Shown here piece after piece: positions 1 through 13,492 of a DNA stretch of 64,000 nucleotides. Each line of letters begins with the position of its first letter. Position 1 is the stretch's first letter. Position numbers and translations under genes: made by a program. The stretch comes from Mobula hypostoma. Lineage: Eukaryota. The notes below the pieces were generated by a model. The model saw only the letters and a list, made by a program, of their open reading frames with translations. It did no database searches and was not told where the DNA came from. Location of the stretch: assembly GCF_963921235.1 (NCBI RefSeq), contig NC_086108.1, positions 92,010,001 through 92,074,000 of the forward strand, read 5' to 3'.

Positions 1-322
1 GCTTAGGTTGGGTAAATGCAAGCAGGCTTTTTCCACTGAGGTTGGGTGGGACTACAACTAGAGGCTATGGTTTATGAGTGAAAGGTAAAATGTTTAAGGG
101 AAGCTTCTTCACTCAGAGGTGGTGAGAGTGTGGAACAAGCTGCTAGTGCAAGTGGTTGATTTCAACATTCAAGAGAAATTTAGATAGATACATGGATGGG
201 AGGGGTATGGACTCAATAATCTGGGTGCAGGTCGATGATTCTCGGCAGATTAATGATTCAGCATGGACTAGATAGACCAAAGGGCCCATTTTTTTGTGCT
301 GTAGTGTTCTAAGACTCTATGA
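1..322 (+). mobile_element. CR1/HER1-type LINE 3' end, degenerate
   Basis: Matches the 3' ends of the CR1 copies at 14510-14823 and 17381-17720; ends in a ctatga-type tail. Confidence 0.85.
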
Positions 323-1699
323 TTCCATGAAAGTAGAATGTGGAAATAAACTAGTAAGAAAGATAAATACAGACTATTAAAACTTCTGTGGGTATGTACA
401 GTGGAAATGAATAAAAACTCCCTTGGAGATTGAGAAGGATAAATTATACTGGGAAATGAAAAATTTGCAGGAAACCTTAACCAATGTATTAAGTCTACAC
501 TCATGCAAAGAAGACATGACTCCAGAAGAGAATGATCAACAAAAGGAATCAGGAGAAGGAAATAAAAGCCATTCCCAGAAGACATGTTCATAACAAAGAT
601 GTGGATTTAAAGGAGATTTTTAAAAGGGCAGAGGATCAGGGAGATAAGTTGTTAAAGTTCAGGAAGACACTGACTCAAGATTCAAGATTCAAAATTGAAA
701 ATTGGTTAATATCATTTCCAGTAGATGGGTGTAAAGGAGAACCAAATAATTGTTACACTGAATCAAACGCAGCAGGGAAAAATACTATATATTATGTGCA
801 AATTATTTACAGTGATACAGGAGATTACAGAACAATTTATTGGCTTTAATGGAGTAATGACTTCAACTTTAGATTTCCATGATTTCTGAAAAATCAGTTG
901 TATCTCTTACTTGGGCAGCGCAAGAGTCGCAGCTCCAAATTGGAGACAATTGTAAACTTGTGTACCTAAACCAATTCCACATCAGGTAAAATGCATCATC
1001 CTAGTGGATACCTTATTATCAGAGGGATTCGATGATACACTGATTTAGAACATTATTATGTTGCACTTTGAGCCAAGGATCAAATTCAATTTATATTGAT
1101 TGAGTCAAATTAGATTTGGGGTTACAAACCATATAAACATATAAATTAGTCGCAAAAGTAGGTCATGCAGGCCCTCAAGCCCGCTCTGGCATTTAATAAG
1201 ATTATGTCCAATCAGATTGCAACTTCAAAGTTGCATTCATGTCTTATGAGGAAAAATCAGACAGTTTAGGCTTGTGCTCACTGGAGTTCAAAAGAGTGAA
1301 AGGGGATTTGACTGAATCTGCATTTGACAACTGTCAAGCAAATCAAGACACAGTTTGTTACAGTTTCTCCTTTACGTTGAGGAAACCAATGTACGATTAG
1401 GAACGTAGCTCCTTTGTAGCACGGATTTTTAGTCTGATTGTTCTGACGTGCTCAGCACTTGCAGACTTTACTATTTCATTTCAGATTTCTAGTAACTAAT
1501 ATGTTTCCTTTAGAATTAATGAATAAAGTTTAGTCATTCCCAGTCTACCTGTTAAAGTGTAGAATGATCAATATGAAACCTTTGTTAGATCTCACTTGAA
1601 TCCAAATCAGTCAATTCTTGCATACCAACTCTGGGAAGAGGGTCATGATCAAACCTTGTGGATTTAAACATAGAGCCATACTTACTTAGCGTAACTCTT

Positions 1700-2025
1700 T
1701 CGGGTAACGCAGTAGTCAGTTTTGCTGCCTCGCATGTTAGCAGATCAGAGTTTGATCCTGACATTGGATGTTTTCTATGTGGAGTCTCTGTGTTTTCCCT
1801 GTGACTAAACCATCTTCTTTAATGTGCTCTAGTTTCTTTCCATATCCCTATGTGTATGGTTCTGATAGGTGGTTTGATTGGCTGTGGTAAATGATCGCAA
1901 CGGCAGGAAAATCTAGAAGACAGGGGAGCTGAGTGTGGTTTCAACATGGAGAAGTGGAATAAGTGTATATTGGCGTGGATGAGATGGTCGAAAACTGTAT
2001 CTCGGTGCTGTATGACTCCATGACA
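1700..2025 (+). mobile_element. tRNA-derived V-SINE/HE1-like SINE, degenerate
   Basis: Degenerate V-domain (gtggagtctctgtgttttccctgtgac...gtgctctagtttctttccatatccc) plus a CR1-like tail (gtgctgtatgactccatgac). Confidence 0.65.
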
Positions 2026-2881
2026 CTATCTTTGTAACTTGCCAAGATTGGCTGGTGACACTAAAGAGCCTACATTATCAATGAATTTTTGATGGGTCTT
2101 CTTGAGGGATTAGCAAGACATTAATTGATGATGAAGTGATAGAGAACAGGATTCCCTTTGGTAGAGTGGTGATGATGACAGGCCCATCAGCAAGCTTGGA
2201 AACTCTGAGAGATCTCTGCCATTTGCTGCGTACATTGTAAAAGTAGAGCTGCTCCCAAGAGTGAATGATGTTGGTTAGGTCCGCACGGGATACGGGACAA
2301 GGGAAGGTGGAGATATGCAGAAAGAAGAAGTTGATGGCGTTGGTGGTAAAAGGTCCTGAGACCCATGAGCCATTGACAAGTTCACTGGTACACAAAACAG
2401 GATCAGCAAAATATTTGAAGGGAAGTTTTGGCCCAGTGCAAGTTTGGTCTATCTAGTCAGAAACCAGAGGAAATGGTTGGTAAATAAATAAGCAGGTTAA
2501 AGATAATAGCTTTAATGTTCTATTTACAGGCTATGTTAGATCAACCACTGTGGGATGATTTTATAAACAGGTGGCAAAAAAAAGAACTCCAGCAAAAGTT
2601 TATGAGGTTCTGGACCTAAAATTGGAAGAAGTGCAGTGTACTAGAAAATTTAAAGCAGCTTTGGTCAGGCAGGAAACAAGCCAGCAAAAATGTTCATCCC
2701 AATGGGGTCTGTTTATTCACAGCCAAGGCACAGAAACAGTATAAACTGGACGGGGAGGAAACCAATGGGAATGTAATTGTCAGGAGGGGAAAGCATATAA
2801 TGTATATAGTTATAGTCAATGGGACTAATTATAGTCAATGGGACTTGGCAGAAATGTTGTAGGAGTCAAAGAACAAAGAAC

Positions 2882-3470
2882 ACTGAGGCTGTCTACAAGA
2901 AGGGTCAGAGCCGTCTCTATTTCCTGAGGATACTGAGGTCCTTTAAATCTGCCGGACGATGCTGAGGATGTTTTACGAGTCTGTGGTGGCCAGTGCTATC
3001 ATGTTTGCTGTTGTGTGCTGGGGCAGCAGGCTGAGGGTAGCAGACACCAACAGAATCAACAAACTCATTCGTAAGGCCAGTGATGTTGTGGGGATGGAAC
3101 TGGACTCTCTGACAGCGGTGTCTGAAAAGAGGATGCTGTCCAAGTTGCATGCCATCTTGGTTAATGTCTCCCATCCACTACATAATGTACTGGTTGGACA
3201 CAGGAGTACATTCAGCTAGAGACTCATTCCACCGAGATGCAACACAAAGCGTCATAGGAAGTCATTCCTGCCTGTGGCCATCAAACTCTCCAACTCCTCC
3301 CTTGGAGGGTCAGACACCCTGAGCCAATAGGCTGGTCCTGGACTTATTTCCTGGCATAATTTACATATTACTATTTGACTATTTATGGTTTTACTACTAT
3401 TTAATTATTTATGGTGCAACTGTAACGAAAACCAATTTCCCCCGGGATCAATAAAGTATGACTATGACTA
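2882..3470 (+). mobile_element. Rex1/Babar-like LINE, 5'-truncated
   Basis: ORF 2959-3219 (MLRMFYESVVASAIMFAVVCWG...HPLH) is a typical RT C-terminal region; followed by aataaa and a (tatgac)n tail. Confidence 0.85.
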
Positions 3471-3791
3471 CTATTATCTCAGCATACCCATTCAAAATAA
3501 CATGGTGCTTTAGTTATCTCAGAAGAAGGTAAAGTTGCTGGGCAGGCTCAGTAAAGAAAATAATTGCTGCCAAAGATGCCAGAGCCCAACTGTTACAGAC
3601 ACGTGGCACATAAATTGGAATAGTCACCTTGGGCTTCTACAGATACACTCTTACTAGATGATGTGGAGGAATGTATGGGAAAGCTGAATGGTGGCTATTG
3701 TACAACTGAAGCAGAAGGTGATGACAGCACATTCAAAACCAACTTAACATCACGATAAGCACGTTGCACTGTCTCTTAAGATGAAGATTTA

Positions 3792-4886
3792 CTCTGAGTG
3801 GCCACTTTATTAGGTACACATATACACCTGCTCCCTAATGCAAATATCTAATCAATGTGGCAGCAAATCACCGCATAAAATATTGTGAAACACTGCTGTG
3901 CAAGTCTAGGGAAGACAATCTCCGGCCCTGCCAAATGTGGGAGATTGAAGCTCAAGCCCATCAAAACCCCGTTTGTCTGGATGCTGCGTGGTTTGTTACC
4001 CTGTTACAAATAAGTACCACGAAATAACGGACAGTACATCACATACAACTAAACAATGTAGCTTGATAATTCTTAATTTGACTAAAGGGAAGGCATAAAA
4101 AGAAAAGGGCCCATTTTAATTAAACAGTCTAATGTGCACAAGTTGGAACTCATGGATTCCCCTTCGTCGATCTTCCTTCGACCTCCCTGGGCTTTGTCAA
4201 ATCATGGCCCCATTCTGGGACGAGTCTCATGACCTCTTCTCTCCAGTGTCTTCCCCCTTCATCTCCCGCCAAACCAAAAACCCAGCTCTCACCAGTGTCA
4301 GGCACACAACACGAGAAGCACCCTCCCATCATTGGATGGCTCACATTCCAAAGCACCCGTTATCTCCAACCATAACCCAAACACTGCTTCTACAGAAAGA
4401 CCATTACGTTAGCAGTGTAAACTTTCCCAGAGTGTGACAATTGCAAACATGGTCAAGAGGTTCAATTGTTGTTGCAATGGAACTTCAGACTGGGGAAGAA
4501 ATTGTGATCTAAATGACATTGACTATGTTGGTGCCAGATGGAGGGTTTATGTATCTCAGAAATGGCTGATCTCTTGGGATTTTAATGCACGACAGTCTCT
4601 AGAGTTTACAGAGAATGGTGTGAGGAACAAAAAAAAAACATCCAACGAGTAGCAGTTATGTGGGAGAAAATGCCTTGTTAAGGACAGAGGTCGGAGGAGA
4701 ATGGCCAGACTGGTTCAAGCCGACAGGAAGGCAACAGTAACTCAAAAAAAAACACGCACTTCAACAGTTGTGTGCTGAAGAGCATCTCTGAATGCACAAT
4801 ATTTTGAACTTTGAAGTGCATGGGCTACGTCAGCAGAAGACCACTCTGGGCTCCACTCTTGTACCTAATAAAGTGTACACTGACTG
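3792..4886 (+). mobile_element. Non-autonomous Tc1/mariner element, interrupted by an LTR-like insert
   Basis: Terminal inverted repeats (TIRs) ...gtggccactttattaggtac / gtacctaataaagtg..., flanked by TA; decayed Tc1 transposase N-terminus; sister copies at 24757 and 44370. Confidence 0.85.
3884..4439. mobile_element. Probable solo LTR nested in Tc1 relic
   Basis: 556 bp insert bounded by TGT...ACA and absent from the two sister Tc1 copies; TSD not clean. Confidence 0.55.
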
Positions 4887-5680
4887 TATACCAGATGCAC
4901 CTCAAAGATCTCCAGGAATGATTTTCGTTATCTATGCAGGAGGGACTCTCCATATTAAGAGGGGAGATGAACTATTGAGCTGCAAGTGGAGATTGGTGGA
5001 AGTAGCTACCAATTGTGGCTTAGGGCAAGAGTGATGCAGCAGCAGTCATGGCATAGGGTGAATTGAATCACTCGGTTTGAGAAGACTGGAACACCGGCAG
5101 TGAGGAGATCTGGGAGCCAGTCATAAATCATGTTGCACTGGCTCCAATCAACTAGACCACCACCCATTCCAGACCAGAGTCACCAGCTGCACCTCTGACA
5201 GCCTGACAAAGAGACTGAATATATTTGGCACGGTATGGAGTCAGGGTGGTGGTGAATGGGGAGGTGTTACTTCTAGATATAGAGCTGTTGCACTAATTAG
5301 TAACATTAAACAAAAATACACATCCCTAGACTTACGGAGAACACTAAAACCAGGGATTTTTGCAGTCATAGCTGCCCGGATATTTCTTAGCAAGGACTCT
5401 GCACATGCTAACTTCACTGCAGGGAAGAAAGTAAAGCAAGCATTGCATTACAGTGCGAGTAAGGTACCCAAACAGAAGGTGTCTATTAATGCAAGGGGTA
5501 CATGGAAAGATGGGTGCATGGAGCATAGCACCAAGCAAACCAGAATGGAATACCATGATGAGATATCCCAAAGAGGACAATCCACTTTGAACATTCTGGG
5601 CTCAGAATATCCAAACGAGAATGGCTGAACAGAGTATCCATGATACTTGCAGTTCTTAATGGTGAGCAGTTCAGAGAACG

Positions 5681-5759
5681 CAGGGGTTCCCAGCCTGGGT
5701 CCATGGACCCCTTGCTTAATGGTATTGGTCCATGGCAGAAAAACGGTTGGGAACCCCTG
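5681..5759. mobile_element. ~80 bp hAT-type MITE
   Basis: TIR caggggttccca / tgggaacccctg; sister copies at 39874 and 42634. Confidence 0.8.
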
Positions 5760-7498
5760 ATTTACACAATGCAAGAGAACGAGAGCGTCCAAACAAGTAG
5801 GCACAGACAAGGTAGCAGGCAAGAAGTTCAACACAAGGTTCTGAAACCAGGTCACTTCAGTGAATATAGATACTGCCAGTGCTGTGGATGAGAACATGCA
5901 AGACTTTGGGAAGAGTTTGAGGTCCTCAAATTGTCTATTATTTACAAATTTACCTGAATTAGAATAACATATATAAGATTCCGCATGGGATTTACAGTCT
6001 GGATGCTGAGGGGATGTGTTTCCTCTAGAGTTGTATTTACATCTGCGAGTACAGATGCAGAAAATGCGATTATGCATTTAATACAGAGATTAAGAGAATT
6101 TCTTCTTTCAGAGGCTCATGAGGTTTTGGAGTTGTCCGCATTTATGCAAGACAGAGACTGGCCAATTTGTAAAGTACAAGGGAGTCAAGGGACATGGGGA
6201 GAGAGTGGGTAAGCAGTGTAGAGTCCAAACTTTGTTTAGACGTGGCTTGATTGAATGACAGAGCTGGCTCTAGGGCCAGTAGGCAGATACATGCTCTTCA
6301 TTCTTATGAATCGAGCTCAGGCTGAACTGAAATCCTTGATGGAGTAAAGTGTTGCACAGCAAAGGCAATTCAAGATCCCACGAGTGATGTTACACAGGAT
6401 CTGACTCTCTGATGTTGGTTTAATACTGTGCAAAGTGCAGCAAGAGAGGCGAAAAGCAGCCAAGGCTGAATTGCTACCATTAGAATTAATCCATTAGAGC
6501 ATTAAAAGGGAAAGGTCAGAGGAGATGCAATTCTAATTCAACAGGGAGATAGGAAACAGAAAAGGTTCAGTGTAGACAGGAAATCAAGTGCCAGAGACAT
6601 AAAGGAAAAAAGGAATCTAAGTTGAAAATGCACATGGTTGGTTTTATGGTATTTTGTAAAAGATTTAAAACAATGTAACACTGTAATTGCTATGGCAGTT
6701 AACAGACGTTGTTGTTTAGAAAATATGTTATATAATGTATTTGAACAGGAAATTCATGAGTTTATTTAGAGACACCAGGGAATTAGCTGTACCTGGAATG
6801 GATACTGAGCAAATGTTCATTTTAACTTAGAGGGTAGAGAAAGTAAGGGAAAGAACAAAACAGATATGCAAATTTACATTTAGTTGCCTTTAAGATGTGT
6901 CCATATGTCTCTGTACATCAGTTAAATACATAATTTAACATAGGTGAAAAGCTGTTGCAGATTTAATTAAATAAATCTAAGTAGTGTATGATTTGGATGG
7001 ATCTGGTACCTTAATGGAGACATTGTACATTATATGTTTGTGAGGATTCATTTAAAAACATGTATAATGCAATATAACTTATATACTTATACCATCCACT
7101 GATGTCAGATAGAAGGACATTTACATGGTAGTTCTATTCTTGAGATTTGCATTATTGTTTTTATTCACTCTTCAGGAACTAGTCCCAACTGGCAAGCCCA
7201 GCGTTTATTACCCTGATTAATTGTCCTTGACCTGTAAGAGGACAACAAGCTTGTTGTGGTTTGGGGGTTTGCGTACCCCAATGATCCAGAAAGCTATGTT
7301 GGCTGGAGTCAGGGTTTTATGCTTTGGCTCTTGGTAAGGTCACCCATGCCAAACAAGTCAAAGGGTAGAGGCTAGACTAAGAGTGGTCACCCAGTCCTCC
7401 AAACAACAGGAATTCTGCAGATGCTGGAAATTCAAGCAACACACATCAAAGTTGCTGGTGAACGCAGCAGGCCAAGCAGCATCTATAGGAAGAGGCGC

Positions 7499-7534
7499 AG
7501 TCGACGTTTCAGGCCGAGACCCTTCGTCAGGACT
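7499..7534 (-). ncRNA. Minimal type-I hammerhead ribozyme motif (PLE-associated)
   Basis: Reverse complement reads agtc CTGACGA agg-gtctcgg-cct GAAA c GTC gact: stem I, catalytic core, stem II, palindromic ACGT in place of stem III. Confidence 0.85.
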
Positions 7535-7548
7535 AACTTCCTTCAGTT

Positions 7549-7584
7549 AGTCCTGACGAAGGGTCTTGGCCTGAAACGTCGACT
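7549..7584 (+). ncRNA. Minimal type-I hammerhead ribozyme motif (PLE-associated)
   Basis: agtc CTGACGA agg-gtcttgg-cct GAAA c GTC gact. Confidence 0.85.
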
Positions 7585-8064
7585 GCCCCTCTTCCTATAG
7601 ATGCTGCTTGGCCTGCTGCGTTCACCAGCAACTTTGATGTGTGTTACCCAGTCCTCCAAGTTCAGCTCAGGACTAACAACCCTGACTGGTAAAACAAAAT
7701 TGTTATGGAAAGAGCAATAAAGAATCCTTCTACATATGAGTGGCCAAGGACAGGCAGAGATGGAGGACTTCCGTTGCTGCCCTAAACGCCAGAGGCATAT
7801 CGGGCAGTAAGCAAGCAATTGCCCTTGAGAAGTGAGTCACTTTCTTGAATCCTGAGCACTTCTTCCAGTGAAGGTATCTGCAAGGTGTTTTGGGGAAGTA
7901 ATTCCAGCGTTCCAAGTGTGATAATTACTCATTGTCCTGGGCCAGGGAGTTATGCTGCTTTTGTCATACTCAGCTTTCTAAACACAAAGTTCTGTAGATC
8001 AAAGAGGTATCTTAAACTGTCATACAATATCCTTCATTTTGGCATCTTCCCCCATCCTTTCCAA

Positions 8065-8195
8065 ACCTGAAGAAGGGTCTCAGCCTGAAATGTGGACAGT
8101 TTCTCACTCCCATAGATGCTGTCTGATCTGATAAGTTCCTGCAGCATTTTGTGTGTGTGTTGCTTTGGATTTCCAGCATCTGCAGAATTTCTTCT
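8065..8195 (+). mobile_element. Old PLE 3' end with decayed hammerhead
   Basis: cctgaagaagggtctcagcctgaaatgtgg...tagatgctg...ccagcatctgcag. Similar relics near 14860-14970, 33122-33252, 33710-33802 and 54196-54325. Confidence 0.75.
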
Positions 8196-9106
8196 GTGTA
8201 TAATATTCTTTGTTTAACTTCTTGTCACTAATGGTAGCTAGTCCAATTCTTCATGTAATTGGCAAGCAGTAATCAGTTTGAAACAACAGCTTTGCAAACA
8301 AGCACTGTCTATAACACAGGATGCTGGCACCACAACACCTGGTCTTATTGCTGAAGAGGTGCATTGCACGACAATGGGTTATTTCATTGGGCTTGTTTCA
8401 AAATGGACAACCCTGGCTAAGTTGTTTAGTTTAAGGAAGCTTGCAGACCAGATGGTGACTATCACTTAGCATATCAATATCTGAATCTATTATTAAATTG
8501 GAAGGTTTGTGTGCTCAAAGAGTTAGCTTCACTGCATTGAGTGTGGATACCTGGGTTCTTTGTACCCAGAAGCTTTTAGATCATTGATGTTAAAAGATAT
8601 CTGAAAAAATACCATATGTGTGTAAACACACCCAAGTGGTAAAAAGGGAGTATAAATTAAGAGAGTGGTTTAGGTTTTTTAGGAATGGTCCAGGAGCATC
8701 GAGAAGAATAACAAAAACACAGGGTGAACTGGAATCCATTCCTCTGCCTTCAATTTCTGTGATGGACAACTAGTTTGTCTGCAACTCAGGCTTATGCCTT
8801 TTTTGCTCATATGAATTGGACCTGTGTTTTGGAAATCCTTTGCGTTTTAGAAATGGTTTGTAATTTGGTAAAGTTTTAAAATCCTCTGTGAGATTTAAAT
8901 GTGTTTTAAGAACGTTGTTTGGATTTAAATTTCTATCACTGAAAATAAATGAACTGTGTTTAAACTACTTTGTTAGCTGGAAGTATCTCTTCCTTGGTGA
9001 GGGAGGGTGGGACCCACCACTCAAACAGTAGGTATTAGCAGCTAAACTTATTGTGGGGGATAAACAGGGAAGAGATCTAGTCTTTGAAGATTGGTTAGTT
9101 ACAGCA

Positions 9107-11200
9107 TAACCACATAACCATATAACAATTACAACATGGAAACAGGCCATCTTGGCCCTTCTAATCTGTGCCGAACGCTTGCTCTCACCTAGTCCCACTG
9201 ACCTGCACTCAGCCCATAACCCTCCATTCCATTCCTTTCCTGTCCATATACCTATCCAATTTTTCTTTAAATGACAATATCGAACCTGCCTCTACCACTT
9301 CTGCTGGAAGCTCATTCCACACAGCCACCACTCTCTGAGTAAAGAAGTTCCCCTTGTGTTACCTCCAAACTTTTGCCCCCTAACTCTCAACTCATGTCCT
9401 CTTGTTTGAATCTCCCCTACTCTCAATGGAAAAAGCCTATCCACATCAACTCTATCTATCCCCCTCATAATTTTAAATAGCTCTATCAAGTCCTCCCTCA
9501 ACCTTCTACGCTCCAAAGAATAAAGACCTAACTTGTTTAACCTTCTCTGTAACTCAGGTGCTGAAACCCAAGTAACATTCTAGTAAATCTTCTCTGTACT
9601 CTCTCTATTTTGTTGACATCTTTCTTATAATTCAGTGACCGGAACTGTACAGAATACTCCAAATTTGGCCTTACCAATGCCTTGTACAATTTGAACATTA
9701 CATTCTAACTCCTATACTCAGTGCTCTGATTTATAAAGGCCAGCATACCAAAAGCTTTCTTCACCACCCTATCCACATGAGATTCCACCTTCAGGGAACT
9801 ATGCACCATTATTCCTAGATCACTCTGTTCTACTGCCTTCTTCAATGCCCTACCATTTACCATGTATGTCCTATTTTGATTAGTCCTACAAAAATGTAGC
9901 ACCTCACACTTATCAGCATTAAACTCCATCTGCCATCTCTCAGCCCACTCTTCTAATTGGCCTAAATCTCTCTGCAAGCTTTGAAAACCTGCTTCATTAT
10001 CCACAACACTACCTATCTTAGTATCATCTGCATACTTACTAATCCAATTTACCACCTATCATCCAGATCATTAATGTATAGGATAAACAACATTGGACCC
10101 AGTACAGATCCCTGAGGCACACCACTAGTCACCAGCCTCAAACCTGACAAACAGTTATCCACCACTACTCTCTGGCATCTCCCACCCAGCCACTGTTGAA
10201 TCCATTTTACTACTTCAATATTAATACCTAACGATTGAACCTCCCTAACTAACCTTCCCTGTGGAACCTTGTCAAAGGCCTTACTGAAGTCCATATAGAC
10301 AACATCCACCGCTTTACCCTCGTCAACTTTCCTAGTAACCTCTTCAAAAAATTCAATAAGATTTGTCTAACATGACCTTCCACGCACAAATCCATGTTGA
10401 CTGCTCCTAATCAGACCCTGTCTATCCAGATAATTATATATACCATCTCTAAGAATACTTTCCATTAATTTACCCACCACTGACGTCAAACTCACAGGCT
10501 GATAATTGCTAGGTTTACTCTTAGAACCCTTTTTAAACAATGGAACAACATGAGGAATACTCCAATCCTCCGGCACCATCCCCGTTTCTAATGACACTTG
10601 AAATATTTCTGTCAGAGCCCCTACTATTTCCATACTAACTTCCCTCAAGGTCCTAGGGAATATCCTGTAGGGACCTGGAGACTTATCCACTTTTATATTC
10701 CTTAAAAGAGTCAGTACTTCCTCTTCTTTAATCATCATAGTTTCCATAACTATCCTACCTGTTTCCCTTATCTTACACAATTCAATATCCTTCTCCCTAG
10801 TGAATATCGAAGAAAAGAAATTGTTCAGAATTTCCCCCATCTCTTTTGGCTCCACATATAGCTGTCCGTTCTGATTCTCTAAGGGACCAATCTTATCCCT
10901 CACTATCCTTTTGCTACTAATAAACTGTAGGAACCCTTTGGATTTATTTTCACCTTGCTTGCCAAAGCAACCTCATATCTTCTTTTAGCTTTTCTAATTT
11001 CTTTCTTAAGATTCTTTTTACATTCTTTATATTCCTTGAGCACCTCATTTTCTCCAAGCTGCCCGTATTTATTGTAGATATCTCTCTTTTTCCAAACCAT
11101 GTTTCCAATATCCCTTGAAAACCATGGCCCTCTCAAATTTTTAACTTCTCTTTTCAACCTAACAGGAACATAAAGATTCTGTACCTTCAAAATTTCTTCC
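9107..11200 (-). mobile_element. CR1/HER1-type LINE, 5'-truncated, frameshifted ORF2
   Basis: Consecutive minus ORFs 10903-11238, 10367-10903, 10049-10309 and 9705-10055 carry RT motifs ([28 protein letters not shown]). Confidence 0.95.
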
Positions 11201-11264
11201 AAAGTGCGCGACCATAAACCTCCTACTTTGTACTTCAAGTTGCAGGTTTAGAGTGATTAGCATA

Positions 11265-11992
11265 CCAATCCTCATAGAGGGATCAGAAGTGGAGAGAGTG
11301 AGCAGTTTCAAGTTCCTGGATATCAACATCTCTGAGGACCTAACCTGGTCTCAACATGTCAATGCAGTTATAAAGAAGGCAAGACAGCGGCTATACTTCA
11401 TTAGGAGTTGGAAGAGATTTGGTATGCCAACAAATACACTCAATAACTTCTATACAGTAGATGTATCATGGACAGCATTCTGACAGGCTACATCACTGTC
11501 TGGTATGGGGAAGGAACGACTGCACAGGACTGAAAGAAGCTGCAGAGGGTTGTAAATTTATTCAGCTCCATCTTGGGTACTAGCCTACAAAGTACCCAGG
11601 ACATCTTCAAGGAGCAGTGTCTCAGAAAGGCAGCATCTATTATTAAAGACCTCCAGCACACAGGTCATGTCCTTTTCTCGCTGTTACCATCAGGTAGGAG
11701 GTACAGAAGCCTGAAGGCACACACTCAGTGATTCAGGAACAGCTTCTTTCCCTCTGCCATCCAATTCCTAAATGGACACTGAACCCGTGAACACTACTTC
11801 ACCTTCTTAATATATATTATTTCTGGGTTTTTTGCATGATTTTTAATCTATTCAATATACATATACTGTAATTGATTTACTTATTTATTTTTTTTCTTCT
11901 TCTTCTATATTATGTATTGCATTGAACTGCTGCTGCTAAGTTAACATATTTCACCACATATGCTGGTGATAATAAACCTGATTCTGATTCTG
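11265..11992 (+). mobile_element. Rex1/Babar-like LINE, 5'-truncated
   Basis: VERVSSFKFLDINISEDLTWS...KKARQRLYF; 3' end aataaacctgattctgattctga. Confidence 0.9.
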
Positions 11993-12245
11993 AACTGCAG
12001 TTCGTTTTGCTGACAGTGCATACCACAGTCATTGTATTAGTGTGGTTGACGGGATGTCTTTCCAGGGTGAAGTTATCCCAGAATCTGCCGCTTTTCTTGC
12101 AGTTAGAGCTACAGTCAGTAAGGCACCTGGAGCATATTCCATCCTGCTCCCGACATGTGCCTTGTAGATGTTTAAAAGGGTTTGGAGTGTCAGGAGATGA
12201 ATTACCTGCTGCAGGATACCCACCCTCTACTCTCTTCTTGTAGCT

Positions 12246-12608
12246 ATCATCATCATCATTATGTGGCCATGTCGTATGATGTAAGTGACCGTGATTGTTC
12301 TTAGCAAATTTTTCTACAGAAGTAGTTTGCCATTACCTTTTTCTGGGCAGTGTCTTTACAAGACAGGTGACCCCAGCATTATCAATACTCATTAGAGATT
12401 ATCAGCCTGGCATCAGTGGTTGCATAACCAGAACTTGTGATACGCACGAGCTGCTCATATGACCATCCACCATGGGCTCCCGTGACTTCACGTGACACTG
12501 ATTGGGGGGGCTAAGCAGGTGCTACACCTTGCCCAAGGGTGACCTACAGGCTAGTGGAGGGACAGAGCACCTTACACCTCATTTGGTAGAGATGTTTCCC
12601 CTCCCCGC
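12246..12608 (-). mobile_element. RTE-related SINE-like element
   Basis: (gat)n tail and an RTE-5'UTR-like ggcaaac...tttgctaagaa motif on the minus strand; second copy at 62545-62860. Confidence 0.65.
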
Positions 12609-13492
12609 CACACAACAATACTTATATTCAGATTCATTTGTAACATGTAAATTGAACCCATATCTACCAATCTCAGTCCACACTCTCACCACCCTCTGAG
12701 TGAGGAAGTTCCCCCTCATCTTTCCTTAAACATTTCACTTTTCACCCTTAATACATGACCCATGAATTGGAAGTTTTGGGTTGATAGTTCCTTTCCTCCC
12801 ACAGATGCAACACAACCTGTTGGGTTCCTCCAGCAGATTGCGACTTCTTCCACAGCTTAAGCTGGCTCCTTTGTCAAATTCTTTGGCAAAATGCAGTCTC
12901 ATCCCCCGATGTGGATGACTTGAATGAGAGTTCAATTTAATACAAGCTGCAGCCAAATTAAAAAGGCATCAAGCAGAAGTAGACTTTACAGCCCAACATC
13001 TCCAAGCCCATTTATTGTATTCTCCATGTTCCTTCTTCCTACCTTAATCAGCAGGCCCTTCTGTTGATCTCGCTTTCCCATATGTGGAATTACTTGTTCA
13101 AAATTCAAAGTAGATTTATTATCAAAATATATATATGTCACCATATACTACTGTGAGATTCATTTTCTTGCAGGCATTTACAGGAAAATAAAGAAATGTA
13201 GCAGAATTTATGAAAAAGTATACAGAGACCAATGGGTAAAAGAAGCTAAATAGTGCAAATAATAAAAATAAATAAATAATCTAAGAACGTGAAATGCAGA
13301 GTCCTTGAAACTGAGTATGTAGGTTGTAAAATCAGTTCAGGTTTGAGGTGTGGTGAAGGTTGCAAGTTCATATTTTCACCATTCTCTGCATTGAGAAAGC
13401 TCTGATTTAGTACTGGTTACCTGATTTACAGCCCCTCTCATGTGGAAAGAATGTCTCGTATCTGTTCTATCTAAACTCTTAATAATTCTAAA

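Larger units (their letters stand above)
7403..7645. mobile_element. Palindromic Penelope-like insertion A
   Basis: Inverted arms 7403-7538 and 7539-7645; 14 bp TSD acccagtcctccaa at 7389-7402 and 7646-7659. Confidence 0.92.
7238..7816 (+). mobile_element. Bipartite RTE-derived non-autonomous element, interrupted by a PLE
   Basis: RTE/BovB-like 5'UTR motifs (ggtcacccatgccaaacaagtca...gactaagagtggtc) joined to an RTE-like 3' end with a taag tail; sister copies at 23275 and 58165. Confidence 0.7.

Noticed and set aside
532..849. 105 aa ORF as a host gene
   Set aside because: Its second half runs through a LINE tail (gattcaagattcaa...); no recognisable domain.
2810..2845. 17 bp direct duplication ttatagtcaatgggact
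   Set aside because: Isolated local duplication with no further structure.
5448..6077. 209 aa minus-strand ORF
   Set aside because: Spans a hAT MITE and decayed CR1-like sequence; no domain signature.
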